Origin: a virus
Virus record (IMG/VR): IMGVR_UViG_3300011965_000002
Length of the DNA: 38,950 nucleotides
Strand: one strand, 5' to 3'
Shown here piece after piece: positions 18,220-25,936 of this stretch. Position 1 is the stretch's first letter. Every line of letters starts with the position of its first letter. The notes under the pieces were generated by a model. That model was given only the letters and a program-made list of their open reading frames with translations. It did no database searches and had not been told where the DNA came from. Position numbers and translations under genes: made by a program.

Positions 18220-18789
18220 GTGACAACAGTCCACATCAACACAAACGTGAAACTAAGACGCAGAAACCTTAAAAACGCCGTCCTATACATCGTCGATAAA
18301 TACGGGGATGAGATAGGCCTCTCAAGTGATGGTATCTGCGAAAAGATCATCGAAGAAGGCCTGATGCACAGTAGATCCTCCCCGACCAGGAAGATGGTAG
18401 CATACACGCTCTCACAACTGAAACGTGAAGGTATGGTGAGGGTGGATAACACTACAAGAGGTCCAAGATTCAGTCTCGAACCACACGTCAATGTTCAAGT
18501 CCATCAAAGCCCCGCGCCCAGGACTATCTGGGCGGAATTATACATGGAAACCATCCAAGCCCTCAAAGTCTCTGACGAACCTCTCACAACCCATGAACTC
18601 TTCGAAGTCGTGACAGATAACGGTGAATACAAGGGATATCATCTCACTGAAGAGGAGTATGTGACGAGGGTCATATCACCCCTCTCCTGTCAGGGTTATC
18701 TTATGGAGATAGATGAACCTGAGAGGTGCGCCAGGTGTTGGGGATACCGTGAGAATGGATTCAAAACAAGCAATGAGAGGATGAGTTGA
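18220..18789 (+). CDS. Putative tandem winged-helix DNA-binding protein
   Basis: GLSSDGICEKI...VAYTLSQLKREGMV and PLTTHELFEVV...ISPLSCQGYL patterns. Confidence 0.5.
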   Translation: MTTVHINTNVKLRRRNLKNAVLYIVDKYGDEIGLSSDGICEKIIEEGLMHSRSSPTRKMVAYTLSQLKREGMVRVDNTTRGPRFSLEPHVNVQVHQSPAPRTIWAELYMETIQALKVSDEPLTTHELFEVVTDNGEYKGYHLTEEEYVTRVISPLSCQGYLMEIDEPERCARCWGYRENGFKTSNERMS

Positions 18790-19376
18790 CGGTGATGCTC
18801 ATGAAATCTGTTGAATTCGCGTCTAAAGAATGGTGGGAGCTGAATAAGAGAGAATCAGAGAGGATCGAGGATTCCATAGTCCGGCTGAGAGAGGAGGGCT
18901 ATGAATATAAGGAGATCTGTGATGCCCTCGGAGTAAGCCGTGGGAGAGTGTGGAAAGTCCTGTCAAAGCATGGCCTAGTCCACAAGTTCAAGGACATGGA
19001 TAAGGTCACCAGGACTGTTCACAGACTCTACAAGAATGGGTACACCATCCCTGAGATCGCGAGGACTCTGAGGATCAGTGAGAAGTCTGTACGTCAACTC
19101 GTGAGGAAACTTGATTATCCTTACAGGTGGCGTGTGAACAGGGAAGGCAGATTCTTGAAGGTGGGGTGGGAACATCCCCGCCCCTTCACCATCTTTGAGC
19201 TCCATAAAGCCTACAAGCTACACGTTGAGGAGGGGTGGAGTATCCTGAAGCTCATGAAGATCCTCGGTGGCGGATACATGACTGTCAGGAGGTACATACA
19301 AGCATATGGTGCAGGGGAACTCGATGAGGTCTGGGAGGCCTATGATGAGTACCATGGCGACCGTAAGGGCCCTTAA
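18786..19376 (+). CDS. Multi-HTH transcription regulator
   Basis: Three HTH-like units: GYEYKEICDALGVSRGRV, GYTIPEIARTLRISEKSV, GWSILKLMKILGGGYMTV. Confidence 0.75.
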   Translation: MTVMLMKSVEFASKEWWELNKRESERIEDSIVRLREEGYEYKEICDALGVSRGRVWKVLSKHGLVHKFKDMDKVTRTVHRLYKNGYTIPEIARTLRISEKSVRQLVRKLDYPYRWRVNREGRFLKVGWEHPRPFTIFELHKAYKLHVEEGWSILKLMKILGGGYMTVRRYIQAYGAGELDEVWEAYDEYHGDRKGP

Positions 19377-19394
19377 CCTCTGAGTGGGCCCTTA
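19364..19394. terminator. 9-bp inverted repeat at the end of the HTH gene
   Basis: TAAGGGCCC (19364-72) / GGGCCCTTA (19386-94). Confidence 0.45.
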
Positions 19395-19400
19395 TTCATC

Positions 19401-19411
19401 GTTATATAAAC
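19401..19411 (+). promoter_or_regulatory. TATA box for the SWIM-csx16 unit
   Basis: TTATATAAA about 25 bp upstream of the SWIM ORF. Confidence 0.5.
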
Positions 19412-19427
19412 ATATAACGAAGGGAGG

Positions 19428-19685
19428 GTGTTGTTTTTGACTCGGATGAATAAGATTAGGAATGCGAGGAGGCTTAAGGCCACATTCAAGGGTGAATGTG
19501 ATGAGGGTCGTCTCTATGAGGTAGAATCAGGGGATAACCTGTACAGTGTCCTTGTGACTGATTCCACGATCAAGTGTAATTGCCCTGACTATGAGTACCG
19601 CTGGTTTAAGGCGGAGGCATCATTCGTTTGCAAGCACTGCTGGGCTGTGCTGATGGAGATAGCGCAGAGAGGTGGTGGTTGGTGA
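19428..19685 (+). CDS. SWIM zinc-finger protein
   Basis: CNCPDY...CKHCWAV (C-x-C-xn-C-x-H). Confidence 0.85.
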   Translation: MLFLTRMNKIRNARRLKATFKGECDEGRLYEVESGDNLYSVLVTDSTIKCNCPDYEYRWFKAEASFVCKHCWAVLMEIAQRGGGW

Positions 19686-20008
19686 TGAATTACATAATCA
19701 CAAGGCATCAGGGTACTGTGGATTGGGTGAGGGCTAAACTGAATGGTAAAGGCCTTGACCGGGACGTCTTCGTGGCAGGTCATCTTAGTAATGAGATGAT
19801 CATGCGCATGAAGAAGGGGGATGCTGTCTACGGCATCCTCCCCATCCACCTCATCAAGAGGTTGCTCCGTAAGGGTGTGGAGTATTATCATGTGGTGTTG
19901 CCTCGTGTTCCTAGGGAGTTTCGTGGTAGGGAGTTGTCTCTGGAGCAGGTTAGGGAGTTTGGTGGTGAGATCTGGAAGATTGAAGATATTGATTGTGTGA
20001 AGGTGTAG
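19685..20008 (+). CDS. csx16: Csx16-family protein (CRISPR-associated, ring-nuclease-like), 107 aa
   Basis: ITRHQGTVDWV, GHL, KGDAVYGILPIHL and FRGRELSLEQV follow the Csx16 (VVA1548) signature RH.G..W...V.G.LP..L...RG.EL. ATG 19685 overlaps the SWIM stop. Confidence 0.8.
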   Translation: MNYIITRHQGTVDWVRAKLNGKGLDRDVFVAGHLSNEMIMRMKKGDAVYGILPIHLIKRLLRKGVEYYHVVLPRVPREFRGRELSLEQVREFGGEIWKIEDIDCVKV

Positions 20009-20010
20009 TT

Positions 20011-20427
20011 ATGAATGAGAGGATTGATAGTAGTGTGGTTAATAGTCTGGTTTCTGATGAAAGGTATGATATATTTTTGAGGGGGGATAGGGATGAGTTT
20101 GTTGAGGAGATTTTTAGGCGGGTGTATGGTCTGGTTCCTGATGGGTTGAAGTTTGAGATGGAGTATATTATGAGTGGTGAGGTTTTTGATGAGTTGGATA
20201 TGATTGATTTGGGTCTTGATAGTGAGGTGGTGCTTCGTGAAAAGGATATGATTCTGAGTAGGTTTGATGAGATGAGTGGCAGGGTTGTTAATTGTCTCCT
20301 GGATATGGCTGTGGATGTTGATTTGATCGTGTTTTTTATGAATTGTGTAAGTTTTATTTATGATATGGCTGAGGCGGGCATTGATATGAAGATGGGTCGT
20401 CTTAATAGTAGTATTGTTGAGGAGTGA
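20011..20427 (+). CDS. Highly acidic hypothetical protein, C-poor DNA
   Basis: D/E-rich 138 aa from ATG 20011. Confidence 0.7.
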   Translation: MNERIDSSVVNSLVSDERYDIFLRGDRDEFVEEIFRRVYGLVPDGLKFEMEYIMSGEVFDELDMIDLGLDSEVVLREKDMILSRFDEMSGRVVNCLLDMAVDVDLIVFFMNCVSFIYDMAEAGIDMKMGRLNSSIVEE

Positions 20428-21512
20428 TATGTATGGATGAAAAGATGGAAGCTATAATGTATCGTTTGTCAAGGTTTGATACCTTAAAAGACCGTCTGCA
20501 GATCTATGATGATTTAGATGTTCTTTTAGGTTCTTCTAAGGATATTAGGGATCTTAAAGAGGAGCAGATAGATTATTATGGTATAGATGATGTCAGGGAT
20601 AGGATTGTTGATGAACTTAAAATGTGTGGGATTGGTGATAAATATGTTCCAGAGGTATATGTCCATGAGAAACTCAGGGACATTATAGCCTGTGACAAGA
20701 GGATACAACAGATTGCCGAGGCGATATACAGGGGAGAGGATGATATACCTTCATTACAGTTAAAACCAGTTAAATACAGGGAAGAAAGAGAGTACAGGTT
20801 TGCCTATGACCCTAAAGATGGAGTGATTACTATGGAATTTAAAGATAAAGATATAAACATGGTTATCTGTGAATTGGATCGTCAGGTTACAATGGAGGAT
20901 CTTAAAACTGTTGATTCTGTGAGGGCTGTGATCAGGGAGATGATCAGTGATGTAATCGTGTTAAATGAGGTTGAAGAGATGACATATTCTTTTAAATGTC
21001 AGGTATTTAGGGAGAATTATGAACAGTTAATACGGGATGTTTTTATAGAGGTAGAAGGGTTGCTTGGGGAGGAAATAAAGACAGAATTTGAGTATATTAA
21101 AGATGAGGTTTTCTTTAAAGAGTTTGATAACATTGATTATTGTGCTGATATAGGTGGAGTAGAGAAGATATTTGGTAAGATAGATTCTATTAAAGACAAT
21201 GTGGTCATGGATTTGTTGCATCGTCGCATTGATAAGGAGATAATAGCACGATTTATAAATGCTGTTGATTTGCTTGTATGTATAGCAGAGACTGGGGTGA
21301 GGATAAAACAGGGTTATGGAGATGGAGCGGCTCCGAATGTGAAAGAAAAAGATGCTGGAGCTTATTGGGATAGAATAGGTTCTGATGTATATAAGGTAGG
21401 ATGGGGGGATATTACAGGGTATTATAATGATGTAGAGATCTATATTGACTTAGATGATTCTGTGAAGGCTATTGGAGAATTTGTAGCCGATGCTGTTCTT
21501 AGAACCTTTTAA
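20424..21512 (+). CDS. Acidic hypothetical protein (362 aa), low GC
   Basis: Long open frame in AT-rich DNA; no family recognised. Confidence 0.8.
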   Translation: MICMDEKMEAIMYRLSRFDTLKDRLQIYDDLDVLLGSSKDIRDLKEEQIDYYGIDDVRDRIVDELKMCGIGDKYVPEVYVHEKLRDIIACDKRIQQIAEAIYRGEDDIPSLQLKPVKYREEREYRFAYDPKDGVITMEFKDKDINMVICELDRQVTMEDLKTVDSVRAVIREMISDVIVLNEVEEMTYSFKCQVFRENYEQLIRDVFIEVEGLLGEEIKTEFEYIKDEVFFKEFDNIDYCADIGGVEKIFGKIDSIKDNVVMDLLHRRIDKEIIARFINAVDLLVCIAETGVRIKQGYGDGAAPNVKEKDAGAYWDRIGSDVYKVGWGDITGYYNDVEIYIDLDDSVKAIGEFVADAVLRTF

Positions 21513-21515
21513 TTC

Positions 21516-21545
21516 ATAACTTATAACTTACAAGTTATAAGTTAT
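21516..21545. repeat. Perfect 14-bp inverted repeat ATAACTTATAACTT-AC-AAGTTATAAGTTAT
   Basis: Directly seen, between convergent transcription units; built from tandem TTATAA(C/G) units. Confidence 0.9.
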
Positions 21546-21550
21546 AACAG

Positions 21551-21581
21551 ATGGGGGGAAAAAAGAAGAAAAAGGAAAACA
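21551..21581 (-). terminator. Pyrimidine/U-rich archaeal terminator of the minus-strand cassette
   Basis: TTTTCCTTTTTCTTCTTTTTTCCCCCC on - strand right after the last stop codon. Confidence 0.6.
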
Positions 21582-21719
21582 CTACAGATACTCGATATGT
21601 ATATCAAAATCGGTTAACGCTTCTGCGAAGATGGCAACATAGTCTAACATATCAGGATCATCATAGTAGTATTGATAAATACTGTCTATGAAGTCCTGTA
21701 TCACCACCTCTAATTTCAT
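21582..21719 (-). CDS. Small acidic protein (45 aa, MKLEVVIQDF...)
   Basis: RBS GGGGTGGTG before ATG 21719; Asp/Tyr-rich. Confidence 0.6.
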   Translation of the reverse strand: MKLEVVIQDFIDSIYQYYYDDPDMLDYVAIFAEALTDFDIHIEYL

Positions 21720-21735
21720 AGCACCACCCCACGGA

Positions 21736-21921
21736 TCACTCCTCCCTCCTAAGGACTCTCCACCGGCCCAGGACAAGGGCCTTCTGGAGAGCTGTGAATT
21801 CCTCGGGAGTGATGTCATACTCCCTGAGGAACTCATCAAGGGACATCTTGTCCACTATTTCGTGTCTGTTCAAGGTCATCCCAAGAATATGGGATAACCT
21901 GAACCTTTTCTCTGTACTCAT
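21736..21921 (-). CDS. Small hypothetical protein (61 aa)
   Basis: RBS TGAGGTGAGATAG. Confidence 0.7.
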   Translation of the reverse strand: MSTEKRFRLSHILGMTLNRHEIVDKMSLDEFLREYDITPEEFTALQKALVLGRWRVLRREE

Positions 21922-21940
21922 CTATCTCACCTCAATAAAA

Positions 21941-22075
21941 CTACACTATCCTCTTCACCCTGATCTCGAGGAGGACAGCTTCATCATCCTTCATGCCGAG
22001 TGCTTCCCTGACGGCTATGGGGATTGATATCCTCCCCTGCCTGTCAGGTTTGGCGGTGAAGGTGAACTCAGTCAC
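21941..22075 (-). CDS. AbrB/MazE (SpoVT-AbrB)-like DNA-binding protein (44 aa; not in ORF track)
   Basis: Translation MTEFTFTAKPDRQGRISIPIAVREALGMKDDEAVLLEIRVKRIV matches the D..GRI.IP..VR..LG motif. GTG start overlaps the upstream stop. Confidence 0.75.
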   Translation of the reverse strand: MTEFTFTAKPDRQGRISIPIAVREALGMKDDEAVLLEIRVKRIV

Positions 22076-22325
22076 CTTCACCACCCCTCTCGTCGATGTA
22101 TTTCATGACGCGGTCGAAGAGTTCCTCTGCGGTCTGACCATCCTCATAGCTGAGCCAGTGGATGGCTACTGAGTCTTCGTCGAGTTCCTCTGGGTAGTAG
22201 AAGTCCTCAACGAGTTTGAGGGCATCCTCAAAGGCCATCTCAGCTTCCTCGTATTCTTCCAGGATTTCATCTTTGAGTTCATTGGCGAGCTGGATGATCT
22301 CCAGCTCCTCTTTTGTTCTTTTCAT
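22068..22325 (-). CDS. Very acidic small protein (85 aa)
   Basis: 29 D/E versus 8 K/R by hand count. Confidence 0.75.
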   Translation of the reverse strand: MKRTKEELEIIQLANELKDEILEEYEEAEMAFEDALKLVEDFYYPEELDEDSVAIHWLSYEDGQTAEELFDRVMKYIDERGGEGD

Positions 22326-22327
22326 GA

Positions 22328-22885
22328 CTATTCCTCCCTCCTTTCAAGTTCTTCTTCGAGGAGGTTAATCGCCTCCTCAACATATTCAGGGTCAGCCCAT
22401 TTAAGCTGACCCCGTGCTTCGAGCCATCCGCATAGCTTCCTATACTTCCCCAGGGTGGTGAGCCCTGGGGCGTGGATTATTCTGTCGATTTCGTACCTGA
22501 GAACCCCACGATAAAAGTCCTCGATGAAGGCTATTACGCCTTCATCAACCGGGCCCTCCACCCTGTACAGTGGCACAACCCTCCCAGTGGACTCGACGTA
22601 AGCGATAACTGTGAGGGTTTCATCCCTCCTGCGGTACAGGTAGAGGCCCTCCCGGATCCATGTCCCGGTCCAGTGCCACCGTTCTACCTCCGCAGCCACA
22701 AGTATCCTACCCAGCCCCATGTAGGGCTGGTAAAAATCAACATCATCCTCGGCGGCTATGCCTCCGACCCTTACGATCTCCCACCCCTTAGCGTTGGGGT
22801 GGGGTTCAAAAGAAATAGCTTCGGCGAGTTCCTTTGGCCTTATTAGGAACTCTTGACCCTCTCTTTTTAGGATGGTGAGGTTCAT
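22328..22885 (-). CDS. Hypothetical protein (185 aa)
   Basis: RBS GAGGTGAGG; tightly packed in the cassette. Confidence 0.75.
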   Translation of the reverse strand: MNLTILKREGQEFLIRPKELAEAISFEPHPNAKGWEIVRVGGIAAEDDVDFYQPYMGLGRILVAAEVERWHWTGTWIREGLYLYRRRDETLTVIAYVESTGRVVPLYRVEGPVDEGVIAFIEDFYRGVLRYEIDRIIHAPGLTTLGKYRKLCGWLEARGQLKWADPEYVEEAINLLEEELERREE

Positions 22886-22891
22886 GTGTCC

Positions 22892-23026
22892 TCACCTCCC
22901 CCAGGCTAACTGGATGTCACCCCAGTCAGCCTGTTCCTCGAACTCTGAGGAGGCCCTGAGAAGGGCCCCATGCGCGATCTCTACTTCCGCGCATATTTCC
23001 ACAATTTCTTTTCGCATATTCACCAT
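22892..23026 (-). CDS. Small protein (44 aa, MVNMRKEIVEIC...; not in ORF track)
   Basis: RBS GAGGTGAGGTAG; first gene of the minus-strand cassette. Confidence 0.6.
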   Translation of the reverse strand: MVNMRKEIVEICAEVEIAHGALLRASSEFEEQADWGDIQLAWGR

Positions 23027-23048
23027 CTACCTCACCTCATTTTCTTGT

Positions 23049-23200
23049 GGGGTTCAGGTGTTTTCACCTGTACCCCGTTGAGTGTATTCTGTTGGAGGGA
23101 GTATATAAATGTTTTCCTCCCTCCACCTATACACTCCATGATATACCTTATTCTGGATACTAATATATATACTTTTCTATTCCTCGTTTACTTTTAATAG
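23049..23200. promoter_or_regulatory. Divergent promoter region with two stem-loops / operator
   Basis: Hairpin 23049-60/23065-76 (11 of 12 bp). Nested inverted repeats 23080-87/23129-36 and 23093-101/23117-125 enclose a - strand TATA (GAAAACATTTATATA). A + strand TTTTAATA lies ~25-30 bp before the csf1 ATG. Confidence 0.65.
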
Positions 23201-23222
23201 CAGAACAAAAAGACGATAAAAC

Positions 23223-23846
23223 ATGAAACTCAGCACAATGTACACCAAAGCCACAAAACAAGAACCCAGCCCCGGCAAAGAACAAGGAACGTGCTGCATA
23301 TGCCACCAACAAACCAGACAAGGACACAAAAAAAGACTCGGCACAACCTTCACAACAACAGACCAGACAAGCAGAGGAGACGTCATCTGCCCCTACTGCA
23401 TGACACTCAAAAAAGACAGCAACAAACTCCGCAGGACAATGTGGATCCTCACAGAAGACAAATTCCACCCATTCAAACGCCCAGAACTCCCACAGATCCT
23501 CAAAGAACCACCAGACAAACCATACTACCTCTACCTGACAAGGACGTACAAGAAGATAGGCTGGATAATCATGGACGGCCTCCTGAACCAACCCAACCAG
23601 AAGATCATCAGATTAGCCTGTGACATGGAAACACATACACTAAGCCGTGAATTAGCAGTCCAGACCATAGAATGGATTAACGAGCTCAGAGAAAAATACA
23701 GAATCAGTAAGACGGAGATGAAGACTGGTGATGTGAACCCAGGGAAACTACAGGACATGACCGTCAGGGAAGCCAGGAACCTGAACATCACCCTAAACAA
23801 ATTGAAGGGTAACCCCACATGGGAGTTACTCATAGACATGGCATAA
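23223..23846 (+). CDS. csf1: Type IV CRISPR-Cas Csf1 (Cas8-like large subunit)
   Basis: Zn-finger CCIC...CPYC, then PP..P(Y/F)...TR.YKK.GW and C-terminal GNP.WELL motifs; first gene of a csf2/csf3 operon. Confidence 0.8.
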   Translation: MKLSTMYTKATKQEPSPGKEQGTCCICHQQTRQGHKKRLGTTFTTTDQTSRGDVICPYCMTLKKDSNKLRRTMWILTEDKFHPFKRPELPQILKEPPDKPYYLYLTRTYKKIGWIIMDGLLNQPNQKIIRLACDMETHTLSRELAVQTIEWINELREKYRISKTEMKTGDVNPGKLQDMTVREARNLNITLNKLKGNPTWELLIDMA

Positions 23847-23867
23847 TATTAGAGAGGTGAAAAAGGG

Positions 23868-23999
23868 ATGACCCAAAAGAAGAACCCGGCACCCATCCTC
23901 GTCAGGATAGGGGTATGGGTGACCATGATCTGCCTGGGAATAGTACTATTCTTCGTAGTCCTGGGCCTAATATCCGCAATACTTGGAGGAGGCGTATAG
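23868..23999 (+). CDS. Small membrane protein (43 aa; not in ORF track) inside the type IV operon
   Basis: RBS GAGGTGA. MTQKKNPAPILVRIGVWVTMICLGIVLFFVVLGLISAILGGGV has a basic N-terminus and a long hydrophobic stretch. Confidence 0.65.
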   Translation: MTQKKNPAPILVRIGVWVTMICLGIVLFFVVLGLISAILGGGV

Positions 24000-24000
24000 G

Positions 24001-24348
24001 ATGACTGATGAGAAGACTGAAAACGCCCTCGCAAAGTGCCTTGCGATGACGTATAGGAACATTGAATGGAAGAAAGTTGGTGTGAAATCAGCGTACACAT
24101 ACTTCACAGACCGTGTGCGCGCAGCAAGCCGCATGAGCACCATCACATCCTTCCTAGAAGAACTAAACAGGATGTGCGGTGTCAGCTTCACCCAGCACAG
24201 CCTCAAAGACATAAACACACTCAAAGAGAACGAAGACGAAGCACTCAACCTCCTCAGACACGAGACCAACTACGCAGTCCTACTCGCCCTGGAAGTTGTT
24301 GAGAAACTCAAAATGAAGAAAGCAGAGGATGAAGGTGATGAAGTATGA
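24001..24348 (+). CDS. cas11: Type IV-B small subunit (Cas11-like)
   Basis: 115-aa all-helical protein between csf1 and csf2 (Y..I.W...AYTYFTDRVRAA...FLEEL). ATG 24001 after GGAGGAGG. Confidence 0.7.
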   Translation: MTDEKTENALAKCLAMTYRNIEWKKVGVKSAYTYFTDRVRAASRMSTITSFLEELNRMCGVSFTQHSLKDINTLKENEDEALNLLRHETNYAVLLALEVVEKLKMKKAEDEGDEV

Positions 24349-25187
24349 GGACTGTTAAGTACCCTGGAGTGTTAACTGCCAGGACACCTATCCATCACGG
24401 CGGCCCTGAAGTCTATGGGACGATAAAACCCATACTCACACTCCCCACACTCATAGAGGATGAGAAGGGGATGAGGGTTGAGGACGTCCCCTACATCCAT
24501 GGGAATGCGATCAGGGGGTACCTCCGCCGCCTGGTCATGCAGGACTTCCTGGATCAACTCGATTATGACCTCAAATCAGCGAAGATCTACCATTTTCTCT
24601 TCACAGGGGGCCTCCTGGAGGCTAACACAAAATCCTCTGGTATGATTGACGTGAAACTCAAATCAGGGATCCGCAAGTACATCCCACCAGCAAGTCTCTG
24701 GGGTTCTGCCCTGGGCAATCAGATGCTCCAGGGCAAATTGAAGGTGGACCTTGCAGAACCGATCTGCAAGGAACTTTACTGGCAGCAGAAACAGTACTGT
24801 GACATCGATGGCCCTTCAAGTTATTTCCTGAAGGCGAGGGACTTCGGGACCCGCCTTGATAGTCTCAGGGAGTACAAGGAGGACAGAGAGGATGGAGAGC
24901 AGGCGACGCAGATGAAGTACGAGTTCGAAGTCATCGTGAAGGGTGCGAAGTTCTATCATGAATTCACACTCACAGACACTGACCCTGTTGAGGAATCATG
25001 TTTCATCCGGGCATTGAACCTGTGGAGCGAACGCCCCTACCTCGGGGGGAAGAGCGGTTCAGGGTACGGGAAACTGGATATCCGCTATGACTATGACCCT
25101 GATGCTGAGGCAACATACCTCTCGTATGTCGAGGAGAAGGCTGACCTGATCAGAGAGTTTCTTGATGAATTACAGGCAAACTGGTGA
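24345..25187 (+). CDS. csf2: Type IV CRISPR-Cas Csf2 (Cas7-like RAMP backbone)
   Basis: LTARTPIHHGG, VPYIHGNAIRGYLRR, LFTGG, SLWG, GTRLD, QMKYEFE and the G-rich loop LGGKSGSGYG. Confidence 0.9.
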   Translation: MRTVKYPGVLTARTPIHHGGPEVYGTIKPILTLPTLIEDEKGMRVEDVPYIHGNAIRGYLRRLVMQDFLDQLDYDLKSAKIYHFLFTGGLLEANTKSSGMIDVKLKSGIRKYIPPASLWGSALGNQMLQGKLKVDLAEPICKELYWQQKQYCDIDGPSSYFLKARDFGTRLDSLREYKEDREDGEQATQMKYEFEVIVKGAKFYHEFTLTDTDPVEESCFIRALNLWSERPYLGGKSGSGYGKLDIRYDYDPDAEATYLSYVEEKADLIREFLDELQANW

Positions 25188-25936
25188 TGATCATGTCTCT
25201 TGCTGCCAGGATCCAGGATAAAATCAGCGCCTACCAACCAGGAGGGGATGCACACACACCCTTCAAGGCGGAATTCAGGGTCAAACCACCAGTATTCACA
25301 GGGAACGCATGGATCTACCTCGACGGGATCATCCAGTACCTCTGCACCAGGGAGGCCCTCGGCGGGGACTTCTATGACATCCCCACCAACCACCTATTCG
25401 ACTTCAGCTCCATGCAGCTCCCGTTGAGGCGGACGGGGGACGTGTATCATGCCAGCGTCGGCGTCTATAGGGCCCCGAGGCTCAGAACATCCCGCATCTA
25501 TAAGCGTTTCGAGGATTACTTCATCGAGAACCATCCTCAACTACTCAACAGGTCATATGGTATAGGCAGCGGCCACTACAAGAACCATATGATCACCTAC
25601 CCAATAATAGTCACTGACACCGTGACTTTCTATGGCTGTGGCGACATAGTGGAGGTGGAGAGGCTCCTCAAACACCTCACACACCTGGGGAAGAAGACAG
25701 GCATCGGCGGCGGTAAAATCCTCAAACTCAAGGTCAGGGAGACGGAGATGGATCATAGCTTCTACCATGATGAGTATGGGGTGATGAGGCCCATCCCCAC
25801 AAGCCTGAAGGTCCCCCTACCTGTAGGGGCGGGCCAGGTGATTATGAAGATGGCCTATAAGCCACCATACTGGGACAAGAGGAACATAGACCTCTGCATA
25901 GCCCCCAAGAATCAGCTAGTAGGGGAGGCCCTATGA
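25184..25936 (+). CDS. csf3: Type IV CRISPR-Cas Csf3 (Cas5-like RAMP)
   Basis: LDGII, LPL..TGDVYHAS, KRF, GSG.YK, VTFYGCGD, LGKKTGIGGG, MRPIP and YKPPYW motifs. Confidence 0.88.
   Translation: MMIMSLAARIQDKISAYQPGGDAHTPFKAEFRVKPPVFTGNAWIYLDGIIQYLCTREALGGDFYDIPTNHLFDFSSMQLPLRRTGDVYHASVGVYRAPRLRTSRIYKRFEDYFIENHPQLLNRSYGIGSGHYKNHMITYPIIVTDTVTFYGCGDIVEVERLLKHLTHLGKKTGIGGGKILKLKVRETEMDHSFYHDEYGVMRPIPTSLKVPLPVGAGQVIMKMAYKPPYWDKRNIDLCIAPKNQLVGEAL

Noticed and set aside
21516-21545. Resemblance to loxP (shared ATAACTT...AAGTTAT ends), suggesting a Cre-like system or vector contamination
   Set aside because: Arms differ internally from loxP, are shorter, and no recombinase is encoded; treated as a native palindrome.
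14302-21934. Repeated GGTGAGATAGATG motif (14302-17, 14697-709, 17140-54, 21919-34)
   Set aside because: Each copy is simply a ribosome-binding site plus spacer plus ATG.
24345-25936. Type I or type III assignment of the RAMP genes
   Set aside because: No cas3 or cas10; motifs and the csf1-cas11-csf2-csf3-cysH order fit type IV-B.
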